Positions 49,548 through 62,449 of a stretch of DNA of 64,000 nucleotides are shown here, in pieces (the stretch's first letter is position 1; each line of letters starts with the position of its first letter). The notes under the pieces are model-generated. The model had not been told where the DNA came from, did no database searches, and was given only the letters and a program-made list of their open reading frames with translations. Source of the DNA: Callorhinchus milii (lineage: Eukaryota). The stretch covers positions 62,001 to 126,000 of the forward strand of contig NW_024704849.1 in assembly GCF_018977255.1 (NCBI RefSeq). Direction: 5' to 3'. Both the position numbers and the translations under genes were made by a program.

Positions 49548-50627
49548 TGCTGCTCCTCAGTCTGTGTGGTTGTGTCTGTGGCATCAGTTGCTGATAACCC
49601 GCAGTGATGATCGCCATTGGAGGAGCCACATAGACCCTCATTGGCATCTCAGCCGCGTCTCAATACAACAAGCAATGATTTTATACAGCGGCTTTCACCA
49701 GTCACTGGGGGCAGGGAATTCAATCACTCACTTACTGTTATCGCTACAAGGGGACGTACTAACAGAAAGGATGGTTATAGCTGGACAAACAGAGGGATCT
49801 CTTGTCAATAGCGAAATCAATAACATGGTTTGTAGTTTTAGGTATTTAGATTACAGCAGACACCCCAATCCACACTCTGAAGGTCCAAAATTTGGGGTCT
49901 TGCCTCATACACTTCAGAATTAAGTTAGCAGTTAGAGAGTTTACATTCCATTTCAATAATTTATCTTTGAGATTTCCATATGTAGGTGGGATGCATGGAA
50001 ACGGCAGTTGGTTTGGATATTCTTAAGCACGGTGAATGTTTTGTTCATTTACCATCTCCCACAAAATAAAACAGAGATAGACTAAAACTGCACTATATCA
50101 ATAATGAACATTTAAAATTATTTCCAGGGGTGTGTTGTAAATTGTTCTCATTTTTCGCTGGTAATACTGGTGTAGCATTCACATCTTTCTTGGATCATGC
50201 ACCAAAAATTATTGACAAATTGTTGCTCTTGACAGCCTTTCCTTCCGTGAAGATACGGAAAAGAAAAGAGCAATAAGAAATCTCATTTTCAACAGACTCA
50301 TGCAATTTTTGGAGTCCTTCTGAACATGCAGACCGGATCTCAGTCTAATAGTAATAGTAATCCTTGCATTAGTGATACGGTGATATCGTGTCTCATCACG
50401 CCTTCGAGACGTCTCCAATTGCTTCACAGAAGATATTGTGAATTTACTTTATTTTGTGGGGGAAATGCGGCATCCAATTTCCCACATTAGTTTCAAAAAC
50501 AACCGTGGATTAATTATGTAATTTTTGCTTTTCTTCTTTTAAATGAATTATCACACCCGGGAAAATGATACAAAGCACGGGTATTCTTTATTCTTCCAAA
50601 TTCTCTCAAATTCTAGCATAACGTGCA

Positions 50628-50948
50628 GTCCTGTAGCTCAGTGGTTAGAGCACTCGCTTTGCAAGTGAGAGACCTGAGTTCAATCCCAGGCAGAGGGCCA
50701 AACCTTGGGCAAGTGTCCTTACTCCACACAGAGCCTAATAATAATCCTCCAAAACCAAAAACAATAATAAATTGGTCACTTTCAATCCACGGCTGTTTGT
50801 GGGACATTGCTGTGCGCAATTGGCTGCCGCGTTCGCCCACAAATATACAGTCACTTCACTTTACAGTGTGTTCTGTGAAGCGCTTTGGGACGTCCTCCCG
50901 ACGTGAAAAGCGTTATATCAAATGCAAGGATTATTACTATTATTATTA
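50628..50948 (+). mobile_element. tRNA-derived SINE (duplicate of 7401-7720)
   Basis: Same head and tail motifs. Confidence 0.9.
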
Positions 50949-51374
50949 TAAATGAATTTACTCCTTCATGTTAATTAATTATACAATTTATAACGTCGTT
51001 AATTTTGTAAGCATGAATTTTTAACATCTTGGTTATTTGAAATTTAAGAGTAAATTGTCGCCCTCTATTGGTCAGTGTGCCGCAGTTCAGCATTGCTTCA
51101 TGTTTGATGCAAACCTGAATGAAATCAATGAATGAAATAAAAATCTGTTGTTGTTTCCAGTTGCATATATCAACTGTGGCTTAGATTACAATAACTCACG
51201 CCGCTCACAACCACTGTAACGGCACAGAAGGTGAAGCCGCGTCTCCCACACACTGAGTAAAAATAATATTACTGTTACCAAGACTCCGCACCCACTTCAA
51301 CAGACAGTTCATCGCTATGTTTAAAATTGAAAGCATTTTTCTGTACGAGACTTGAAGTGCAGTCTGTCACTGTG

Positions 51375-52040
51375 GTGAGGCTCAAGGCACAGCAGTACAT
51401 AGCGCTATATACACCACCAAATCAGCGATGGATAAGCTGGTGGTAGAAATGGATTTGTGCAGTTTAGCATAGAAACGGTTTCTATACATATACGCAATTT
51501 GTTAAAAATGAAATATTAATAATCAAAGTATTTTGGTATAGCAGACTTGATTCTGCTGAAAGAGCTACGCATAATATATTGTAAAGTTGAATTGCTGCAT
51601 ATATTTATTGGTGAAATGAAGCACCAAATTGCGTACAACGGTGTACCAATTTTAATCGTGGAAACAGTCATCAAAATATAATTTAGAGTTTTTTCAGCGA
51701 CTATTAAACCCGGAATATTATCCACTAAAAATGCTTGATAAATTATTATTATTTGGAGGTTATTATTACCCCATTTGTTCAAACATTGTCCTACTTACTT
51801 CTTGGTAAGCAGAGGCGTGTGAGTGGTGTTAGAAAACATGCCCGTGCTTCAGCCATGTCTTGTCCGGGAATCGAATACAATTCCTATCGCTATCGAGTCG
51901 AGGACACTAACCACTGAGCTACACGTCTCCCTCCCTCCAACAAGTGTTGTTGAATTGGAGATGACATTCAGCATCAAAACTGTATTAACTTAACCTGACC
52001 TAAGGGTTCCCAGCACCAGACAGACAGCAAACAGCCTGTT
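51375..52040 (-). pseudogene. V pseudogene, family A, internally deleted (duplicate of 8501-9460)
   Basis: Only the 3' ~107 nt of the V exon remain (51375-~51481) and carry the same -1 frameshift. Leader 51995-52040 starts AAC. Heptamer 51368-51374. Confidence 0.85.
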
Positions 52041-52763
52041 TGCTGCTCTTCAGTCTGTGTGGTTGTGTCTGTGGTATCAGTTTGCTGATAACCCGCAGTG
52101 ATTGCCGTCATGAGCGGAGCCACAGTCTCACGACACCTCATTGGCATCTCAGCCGCGTTTCAATAGAACAACCAATTGCTTTTATGCAGCGGCTTTCACC
52201 AGTCACTCTCGCTCAGCTCCTGGTAACACTGCAAGCCAAAGCCCTTAAGTACAATGATCATTAAAATAATATGACAACAATCCGTGAGTCCGATGTAGAG
52301 ACTTACCACATTTTCCAGTTATCTCAAAGCGCATCACAGCATATGTGATGAAGTGTAGTGACTCTACGTTTGCGGAATGCGGCAGATTATTTTTTTGAAA
52401 GAATTATTATCGTCAGAAAAGCAATCCGCCAATCAGGTTCCCACCTACTGCGAGGTTCACAGCCCTTTGTGTAGCAAGAAAACATGCACAACATTTCGCC
52501 CTGCCCTGAATTGAACCCACGTCTCTCGCTTGCGATACACGCACTTTCATCACGGTTATGGCAACAGTATGACATCGTGGGATCATTGAATTGAATTGTT
52601 TGTGTGACAGTCAGATTTGCTGTCAATGGTTTGTTCGCTTTGTGTCTTTATCTCGTTTCCCATCCCACAGGAAATCGCTGCTGCGGCGCAGAGAGACAGA
52701 AGCACAAACCCACTAAACGCTGATAGTTTTTGTACGAGTCTCTGACTATTTCCCATCACTGTG

Positions 52764-53858
52764 TGGTTGGAGAGCACAGTAATACACAGCGCTGTCAGAC
52801 AGCTCCAACAGGGAGATGGTTAAACTGGTGAATGTTGTCGAGGTTTGCAGCTCTGCAGAGAACCGCTTTTTCGCGAAGTCTGCTATATGTGCACTACCCC
52901 TGGAACCCTTTTGAAGCACATACTGTGGTTGTGCTTCTTGTTTTTCTCGGTACCAGTTTAAATAGTAGCTGCTCAGAGACGTATCATAATGATATTCCAT
53001 GGTCACATTTCCTCCTTCATTCCCAGTCACTGAAGCCACCTTCTATGTCACAGAACCTCCCTGGGACAGGCCTGAAAGACAAGTGCGTGGAGAACTGTAG
53101 TTCAGTGCTTAGGGCGCACGCCTCGCAAAACAAATGATAATCCCTCCAAAACAAAAACAATAATAAATTGGTCGTTTTCAATCTACGACTGTTTGTGGGA
53201 CATTGCTGTGTGCAATTGGCTGCTACGTTCCCCCACAAATATACAGTCAATCCACTTTACAGTATATTCAGTGAAGCGCTTTGGGACCTCTAGAAGACGA
53301 GAAAAGAGCTACATCAAATGCAAGCTTTATTATATTATTGTTATTATTATTATAAGCCAGAAGACACGTGTTCGATGCCCGGAAAGGACAGGGCACAATC
53401 TTAGGCAAGTTTCCTTAACGCACGCACCTCGGGTTACTCAACACTTAGTAGAAACCTTTGGTTAGACAATTAGTTGTTCACTATCCGCGGATAATAATCC
53501 CTTCAAAAATAAAACAAAAGAACTGTTAAAGTGTGGTCAGTAAATCCTTGATTATTTAGGAGAAACTAAGTTGATTATTTCGGAGATACTAATTTAATAG
53601 ATTAAATTGGTTACGGCGTCTCGCCAACGAAGTACAGTCACAGCAGTTTAACGTATCTTCTTTGAAGCAGATACTGTTGACATGTTGACCCGCTATAGCA
53701 ACCGCCACCATAATAATTATTATGATTAATAAAATGAGGATTTAAAAGAAACCGATTCAGTAAACTGAGTTTGAAATTTCATTGAAAGTTTTAGAATTTT
53801 TACCTATTAAAATGGCAGCCAGAGCCAGATAGACACCGGTTCCCTCCCTCCTCATCAT
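52764..53858 (-). pseudogene. V pseudogene, family B
   Basis: Leader 53804-53858. V exon 52764-53071 has TAG at 53043-53045 (SVT*K) and Cys23>Tyr. RSS intact: CACAGTG 52757-52763, 23 bp, ACAAAAACT. Confidence 0.9.
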
Positions 53859-53930
53859 TCACTCCAGAGCGGAGCACTTGCGTGGATAAGATATTGGTGT
53901 TAATCGGAGATGTACCGCCCTGAGACAGCT

Positions 53931-54971
53931 GACACTTGAACGCTATGGCCTCACTTGCCCATCAAGTGAAGTGAGCATCCCCTGCTCAACGTTAGGGGGA
54001 AGTTAACGTGTTATAGTTTATTTTCTGGGGGGAGGGGCGAGTTAATTTCCCATAACGATATAAGGGAGCGGATTTCCAATAATCGTAGGAGCAGAAAAGT
54101 ATGATTTATTTTATTGACTGATCACCTACGGTTTGTAATAACCTTTGATTCCAATTCTCTACGCTTCGAGTCCATCTGTTATTGAGAGTGGGACGTGTAA
54201 ACGGAGGAAGTGGACGAGGTTGACAACATTCTCTAATTAAATTGTTGCATTCATGCCAAAATAATAAAAACGATAATATGATTGTTTGCTTTAGAGACAG
54301 CGCATTATAACACAGTTGAGACGTATGAAATCCCTTCGCCGAATATAACGTACAGTGCAGTGACTGTTTGTGGGAGTAACCCGGTTGAATATTGCACACA
54401 ACCAGTCCTGGTTTGAATGACCAAATTGTGATTATTATTATTTATTTAAGGGACAATTACCGCTTGAAATGCGTTCGGCTAATCGACTACCAACCGTGGT
54501 CCTGCTTACCGCTTGGTAGACAGAAGCACGTGAGTGGCGCAAAGAAATGTGCCCAATGTTTCGCCTCGCCCGGGAATCGAACCCAGGTCTTTTCGATTGC
54601 GAAGGGAATGGGCTATGCAATTACACTACAGCCTTATAAATATGTTTCGCTTTAATTTATTTCAATTATTTTATTTCAAGCGCTGCTTGCATTACGAAAA
54701 TATCAAGCAATATTTCCCCATGTCTTCAAACTGCTTGACAGGATTTCTCGATATCTAAGCTGACATCTTAACGTAGGTGATCAGTCAATAAAATAAATCA
54801 TACTTTTCTGCTCCTACGATTATTGGAAATCCGCTGCCTTACATCCTTATGGGAAAGTCACTCTCCCCTCCCCCCAGAAAATAAACTATAACAAGTTAAC
54901 TTCCCCCCAACGTTGAGCGGGGGATGCTCACGACACTTCATGGGCAAGTGAGGTCGTAGCGTTCAAGTGTC
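53931..54971. repeat. Inverted repeat with ~200-bp arms (53931-54130 and 54772-54971)
   Basis: Arm ends GACACTTGAAC/GTTCAAGTGTC and ATCACCTACG/CGTAGGTGAT are reverse complements, and the interior aligns throughout with scattered mismatches. Confidence 0.92.
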
Positions 54972-55719
54972 CCTGATCAGGGCGGTTACAATTCTCAGTG
55001 CGAAACGTTCACTCGTTTTGTTGACGGTGGAGGAAAATCGATCTGGGAAGTCAAGGCTCATATAATCTTTCCCTGAAATACATTCAAGTTTGTGGACCGG
55101 AGCGTTCCGGGAAGCTTGTCTGTACCAGTAGAGATAGTTGACATCAATGATTTTCTTTCAGGTGCGGGATAATTTCACATCTTTTCCCTCTTGAACTGAC
55201 AAATCAACAATCGGTTGTTTCTCCGTGTCTTGCAGGATGTTTCCTGTGATTTAAAACAACATGTTGTTGAGCAGCAATGTTGTCATATGTGGAGACCTAT
55301 AATGTATTGGTCAGAGCTTTCGCCTCACAAGCAAAAATATCTGGGTTCTATACCAGGGCAGGGCGGAACCTTAGGCAATAGTCCTTGCTCCATACGCCTC
55401 TGTTTGCCAAGCAGTAAATAGGAACAAAATTGTTAGTCAATTGGCATCGCTCTTGTCCAGGGGTAATTGGCCCTACAATAATATATCAATAAAAAAAGAG
55501 ATAATAATTTGGACACTTAATGAATATCTGTTTGAACAAAACAGCTGCTGACAGTCGTCTCGAATATATTGAAAGGGGCCACATCTAATCAAAGGATTAT
55601 TAATGGTATATTGTTGCAAAAGGTGCAAAAAGATGTTAAAAAAAGATATACAAAGGTTACTAACGGCAAAGTAAGCTGAGAGTGATGGAAAGCACAGCAC
55701 ATATCTCCCACATGAGCAT
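54966..55719 (-). pseudogene. V pseudogene, family C, 3'-truncated
   Basis: Leader 55665-55719. V exon from 55243 has Cys23>Arg and a TGA. It ends at GAC ACT in FR3, where the inverted-repeat arm replaces YYC and the RSS. Confidence 0.88.
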
Positions 55720-55780
55720 CCTGATCCCGTGTCTGACATTAACTCCCCAATATGGATTGATGGGGCTTTTGGGCTCAGTA

Positions 55781-56105
55781 GCCACACAGTCACAGCCCCA
55801 AACAGAGCCCCGCCCACACAGCCAACGCCTTGCCCACAGTGCTACGTCACTCAGTCACAGCCGCGCCCACACAGAGCCCCGCCCACACAGCCACTGCCAC
55901 GCATGCAGAGCTACGTGATTCAGCCACTGCCCCGCGCGCACTGAGCCCCGCCCACACAGCCACTGCCACGCGCACAGAGCAACGTCACTCAGTCACTGCC
56001 CCGCCCGCACTGAGCCGCATCGCCCAATCTCTGCCGTTGTTTTACAGCGCTCCGCCCACACAGCGCCCCGCCCCCTCCACTCCCCCCACACAAACTCACA
56101 CAGTG
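55781..56105. repeat. GC-rich imperfect minisatellite
   Basis: Recurrent GCCCCGCCCACACAG, CCACTGCCACGC and ACGTCACTCAGTCAC units. Confidence 0.85.
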
Positions 56106-57315
56106 CCACACAATCAGGTCACTCAATCCACAACATTGTGTGGGCCACTGTTTTACATATTTGGCTGACACGTTTGGCCCACACAATACAATTTAGTGAT
56201 CCCACACACAGCCTCCACCCCCGCACCTACAATTTCCACACACACACACAATGCCGCAAAATAAGGCAACTGAGCCCACAACTTTGTGTGGGACACTGCT
56301 GCACATAATTTCCATAAAGCAATGGACACTCCACTTTTCAGCGTATTCTTTGAAGAGCTTTGAGACGTCTCAATGACCTAATATTGCAGTATATCAAATC
56401 CAACGTTTGCTTTTATTATCGTTATTATTACACTGTTGAATGTGACATGACCTTACAAATGTTTTTAGTATTCGTGTTTCAGAAATGCTTTTATCCAAGA
56501 GAGCCTTGTCATTTAGTCGAAACGCCTCAGACCTCCAATTTGTATACAACACTTTCCCACAAACAGCTATGAATGAAAGATGAATTTAACCGATGGAAAG
56601 TTTGTCCAGACACCTGTGGAAAACTTGTTCTTTCTCGAGCGTTACAATGGCATCGCAAAAGTCCCTTCATGCAAGCCGCCTGGACCTGGATTTAATATCT
56701 CCTCGGTAGGACAAGCTTCACCCACAGTACAGACAGCCAGGCCTGTTCTAGAGTGTCAGACCAGAACAGCAGAACACAATCCAATCTGAATTTCACAGTG
56801 AGCACTTCGGTCGCTTTTGAATGTTTCAGGTGCGGGATGACATATCAATGATCTTTGATAATTATATAGCAATAAACGTAATAAATAGCTTAATGTTCAC
56901 GTTTAATGTAGTTGCCTGAACAAACTGTGAGGAGCAGATTTTTTTTTCACACTGTCAGTGGTTCTGATCTTGAATGCATTGCCTGAAAGGGAGGCAGAAG
57001 CCGATACTGTAACAAATGTCAATAGAGAATTGCTATTCCGCAGAGAAAACAATTTAAGAGCGGCTGCTAATCGAGAATAAAGGCAAAAGTGTAAAATAGG
57101 TGAGATAGAAATTGTTTCATGAGCAACCTAGGCCTTATTTTAATACTTTAGGCAAATATTTGTAAATTTCTGTTGAAGTAGTAATAGTGTGTATGAGTGA
57201 AATATGTCAACTGCAACAGGAAAGCACCTGTTACTGCTGCAAAGGAAGGTAGTTACAGAAAGGAGCGTGACGTGTTATGTGAGTTGCAGCTCATGTTATT
57301 TGTGTTTGTTTAGTG

Positions 57316-57331
57316 CGCCATCTGCTGGTGG
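57316..57331 (-). promoter_or_regulatory. CTCF motif within the repeated module
   Basis: Minus strand CCACCAGCAGATGGCG(C), preceded by TGTTGTAG. Confidence 0.72.
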
Positions 57332-58757
57332 ATTATAGCTACAACACGTACACAATTGGAGAGGTTTCATAGCATAATTATTTTGGGCCCGTCTTGTCTT
57401 TCCTTGGTGCCATCACCTCCACAGGAAGTTTATGCATTAGTCTAATTTCCATGCTCGTACCTCTTATTTTCTATTCCTCTCTGGAACATTCGGATATTCG
57501 GTGTCATTCACATTCTTTTACATTGACGTGTCTCTGTGCTAACACTTGCTGTGCCACTTGCTCCTCCATTTCTATTGAATTCCTTGTCTTATTATTTCAT
57601 CGATTATATCATTTGACTGAACAATTAGCTGACTTGGAGCATTTTGCACCAGAGTGACAGCATATTGATATTTATTCAAGTCGGTTCACGTCAGGAGCAC
57701 GTCGCAATGCAAATGTGCTCACTAGTCTTTAAATGAAATTTAATGTTCATTCTTCTTTAACTTCAATACACTAAATTGTTTCGTTTCTTTAGTGACTCGC
57801 CAAGACGCTCCCATACGTGGAAAGCGCTAAATAGGAATAGGAGCAGACCATCAGGTCCTTGAGTTTGTTCCAACGTTATATTACATCATGGCTGATTTAT
57901 CTCTCAACACATATTCTAACCTTTTCTTCGTAACCCTTGATATTCTGAGCTAAAATAAATGTATCCAACTCAGTCTGGAAAATGTGAATAGAACCAACAT
58001 TTCCAGAATCTTTGTGGAAGTTTTCCATGTTTCCTTAAATTGTTCGTAATTTTTTCCTGCCAATTTCTTTGCTAACTGGACTGGCTCTAATGCAGCCTCA
58101 TTCTGCATTCCCCCAACCACCAGAAGAAACAGTTTCTCTACCGATAGTTTTTGTTTAAGCAATTTAAACGGAAATTGTTTGTTTTGATGTTTACTTATTT
58201 ACTAATGCAGCAAAGAAAGAATCGTACATGTGGCAGCGCTCCCCAGCAAACAAGACATTTTTAATTACCACTTTGATGATAACATGACTACAGTTAATAA
58301 CAATAATAATAATAGTTGTATTTGATATAGAGCCATATCAAATCTTCGAGACGCCACTCAGTGCTTCATTCAATATACAATAAACGAATTGACTGCATAT
58401 TGTGAAGGGCAGTGATTGAGTGACGTAGCGTGGCAGTGGCTGTGTGGGCGAAGCACGGCAGCAAATTGTAATTATCGGTGATTCATTGGATGAAGTGACC
58501 AATTCATTATCAACACTATTATTCAGAAGGAATTATTTCCTCTGAAAAATCGATACTCCAACCGATTAACAACCTGCTTCCTATTTACTGCTGGTAACCA
58601 GAGACTAGTGTGTGGAATAAGGAAAGTTGGCAATCATTCGTTCTGCAGGTCATTGAACCAACGTCTATCGCTTGTGAGGCAAGTGCTCTAACCACTGAGC
58701 CACAGGACCCCACATGGCACTTTTTGTAGGGCGGAACCGCTGATCTGTGCCTCTGTG

Positions 58758-59601
58758 GGCTCAGTGCACAGTAATACCCCGCGGAGTCTTAACTCTCACT
58801 TGCAATATATTTAATGGGACGGTTCTCTCCGCTTTAGACACATTCGTTGAGAAACGTTCTTCTGCAAAGTCCGCGCCGTTCTTGATCCTGTTGTTGGTGT
58901 CTGTGCTAAGGATATATTCTGGAGGTTTGTTGGGAAAGTGACGGTACCAGAACAGATAGGTATTGTATTCGCTTGTAGCTGTATAATTGCACTGCAGGTA
59001 AACATCCTCCCTTCAGTCACTGTCACAGTAGATTGGAGCTGTGTTACAGCGTCTCCTCCACAATGTCCTGGAACCAGACCCATATCAGCGTTCAATACCA
59101 TAACAATAATCATATACAAATTATTGCTTTTCATACAGCGCCATACTACATCATTGCGTCTCCAAATGCTTCATAGAATATTCTGACAATGTGTATTGTG
59201 TGGGCGACAAGTGGCAGCAAATTGCGCACAACATTGTCCAAATAAAAAGTCATGGATTGACTGACAGCATTATTATTACTGGTACCCGTTAAGCGATTAT
59301 TAACACCGAAAACTGATCCGACGATCGACCAACGAACGGGTACCTACATATCTCGATGTAAAAAATGGTGCGTGTGTGGAAGAAGGAAACTTGCCTGAGG
59401 TTTCGCTATGTCCAAGCCGGGAACTAAACCAATGTCAACACGTTTGCTGCAGGAATGCATGAGTCGTGTACCGTATTGGCTATGTAATGCAAAAATATAT
59501 ATTCATTGGATAATATGCACATGAAGCAGACTAATAGAGCGAGTTTGTCGCTTACCTGACAAGGTAATGATCACTGCTACCACATAGACATACATTGTCA
59601 T
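58758..59601 (-). pseudogene. V pseudogene, family D (FR1 frameshift)
   Basis: Leader 59556-59601 intact. V exon 58758-59067 has a -1 frameshift after VTEG. RSS: CACAGAG 58751-58757, 23 bp, ACAAAAAGT. Confidence 0.88.
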
Positions 59602-60340
59602 ATGTATTAATGTCACGGGACGTTGTGAGAGCGTTGATGGTGGAGTTGGAGAAAGTTGGCTGGGAGGCTGTAAGATACCGTGAGGAGAGCTAAACAGGAA
59701 ATAACATACAGAAGTTGTCATACACTGTGAGGGAGCAGGTCTGAAGGTTATGTACAAACCTTGTGTCTCTGTCGTTGTGCGTCACCTTCTCTGCTCTGCC
59801 ATCTCACTCATCCTATGGTTCTCTTCCATCAGTTAGATGTCTTTGTTGAGCAGTGTGACTGCACCAAGTTACACCCATATTCCAGTTCACGAAAACACAT
59901 TCATCAGTTCCACATACATATGCCATTTTCGCGTGTAAATGTGCCTATGGAAAGATTTTTTTCTTTCCCCCTGGAGGAACGCATAGTGTTTGCTTAATTT
60001 AACAGATTACTGGGTGCTGACAGGCAAGAGACAAGACTTGGTGAGGTATATCTATTTTGGGCTACATTCTGGTGCATTAGTTCTCTTTTGTTGTTATGTT
60101 CAACCGCTGTCTGCTGGCAGGAAAAAGCGTTTTTTTCTAAAGAAACCGGTTCCCCCAGCTTGCAAAACGACTGCTTAATCCCATACACAACAAGACAGCA
60201 CAGCCTGTTCACACCACTCTCCTTGTTAATACTGTATAACCACATCAGTTTTTTGAAAGCACCAAATAAAATGTGTGAGAGCAAGATATGACTGCCTGCT
60301 GAGTTTTTGTACGGGGAATCTGCCTTCCTGTAACAGTGTG

Positions 60341-61224
60341 GGCTCCAGGGCACAGTAATACACAGCGCTGTCACCCACAACAGCCCCGAGTATCTGCAGC
60401 TTAATTACTTTATTCTCCTTGATCAGCTCGGCTGTGAAACGTTCAGGTAGATCAGGAGATTTGTCTACTTTTCCAGAGGTATATATCCTGAACAAGTAAT
60501 GAAGGTTTCCATCGGGATATTGCTTGTACCAGAAGGCAGTGTTCAATGTTGAAATATTACATTTTAGTGTCACGTCTTTTCCTTCAATATCTGTTATCTC
60601 GGGAGGATATTGGGATACAACATCTTGTCCACGGACTTCTGCAAGAACAGCAAAACCAACACATTAGGCTGAGCAACGCTCAGTGATAATTTCAATTCAT
60701 CATAAAGATAATAATTATTCCTTTTTATGTAGCTCCTTATCACACAGGTTAGAGTCTCAAAGAGCCAAGAGAATACACATGTACAGTTAGTTCACTTTAC
60801 AGTGTGTTCTGTGAAGCGCTTTGGGACGTCATTCCGACGTGAAAAGCGCTATATCAAATGCAAGGATTATTATTACTATTGTAAACCGAATTGACTATAT
60901 TTTTAGATGAAACTGAACAGCTAAGTAAGCACAGCATTGTCCAACAACATCAACAACAAACCATAGATTGAATGATCAGATTATTGTTAACTGTTTTTTT
61001 TAATGGGTTATTACCCTCGGTTCCCACTTAAAACCGAAGCGTGAAACTTGCTGAAAGTTTCGACTGCCCGGGAATCGAACACAGGTCCTGTCGCTTCCGA
61101 GGCGATTGCTCTAAGCATTAAGCATCTGATATTATATAGTGTACAAATCATACGATGGGCATGTCCACGCACACTTACTGGCTATGGTGAGGATTGCTAT
61201 CAGTAACTGGCAGTGAGCTGTCAT
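60341..61224 (-). CDS. TRAV/DV: TCR alpha/delta V gene, family E, apparently functional
   Basis: Leader 61179-61224 MTAHCQLLIAILTIA, A|GTAAG. V exon 60341-60638 VRGQDVVSQ...C...WYKQ...YYCALEP. RSS: CACACTG 60334-60340, 23 bp, ACAAAAACT 60302-60310. Confidence 0.92.
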
Positions 61225-62433
61225 GTTGGCTGCTGAGGTGTGGACAGATAATGGGATCTCTTCCTTTGTATATCGCTGTGTCGCTGCTTCAGTGACGAGT
61301 TGTGAGGAAGCGGCTGATCTGACGGGTTCAGTGGTTTACTGTCTCCGATTGTAGGCGTTTCCCACTAAACAGAGGTTCTTGAACTTGATCTGTCGGGGAT
61401 TGGGAGCCAATGGGTCTGGTCTAGGATGGGAATATTGACGCACGTTTCACCCACTAACAATTTTCTTTACAGTGTGTTGTGTGAAGCGCTTTGAAATGTC
61501 TTCAAGACGCGATCAGGCACTATGTCAAATGAAAATATTCATTTAATTTTAAATGTTATTTTTATACTGAATTCATTCATTTGGACCGTTGAGCCATGCA
61601 GCAGAGCCTGAAGGAATATAGCAATAGTGACTGTCATCAACGGTGAATTGACAAGCTTCCTCTTTTGATGCTACTTTCTCCTATGAGGATCTTGAACTTG
61701 ATCTGTCGAGGATTGGAAGCCAATGGGTCTGGGATAGGATACGAGTTGTGCGTTTCAACCACGAACAATTTGTTTTACTGTACATTTGTGAAGCGCTTTC
61801 AGACGCCTCCTTCACGCGATATTGCGCTATATCAACAGTAAGACTCATTATTATTTTCGTTACTGTTCTGAATGCATTAAGTTAAAGGATTTTGTACCAT
61901 GCAGCCTAGCTATAAAAAAAGGTTTACTTTCCATCATCAAGGCTGAGCTGAAAATCTGCCTTTGTTAATGGTACTTTCTTTTATAAGTCCGAATGTTGTT
62001 GGTTCTGGACCCAGATTGGCAGTTTGAGCTCACATTATATCGGAGATAACGCTTCAATTGTTACATTAACTGAAACTATGTCAGTTGTATTCTCGCTTCC
62101 AAATTAAACCGAAATAAATGAGCATATTTCTCTTAACAAAATGTATCACATTTATTACCGCAGTGAGATCCACATAAAGGCGGCTACTTATTTTGGAGAA
62201 TGTCAACACATGTAAAAAGTGACACAAATAATGTTTCTTGAGTAATCTAAATTTTGTGCCAATCATCTTTTAGACACGGTTTTTACACGTCAACTGAAGC
62301 AGCAACGGTGTATGTCAGGAAAGTATGTCATTTGCAACAGGAAACACCTGTTATTGCTGCCAAGGAAGTTAGTTACAGAAAGGAACGTGACAAGTTATGT
62401 CAGTCGCAGCTCATGTTATAATATTTCTTAGTG

Positions 62434-62449
62434 CGACATCTGCTGGTGG
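62434..62449 (-). promoter_or_regulatory. CTCF motif within the repeated module
   Basis: Minus strand CCACCAGCAGATGTCG, preceded by TGCTGTAG. Confidence 0.62.

Larger units (their letters stand above)
43210..52600. repeat. Segmental duplication, copy 2 (partner 1-~10000)
   Basis: Near-identical to the window start. Lacks two blocks present in copy 1 (~7987-8402 and ~8607-8903). Confidence 0.95.
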
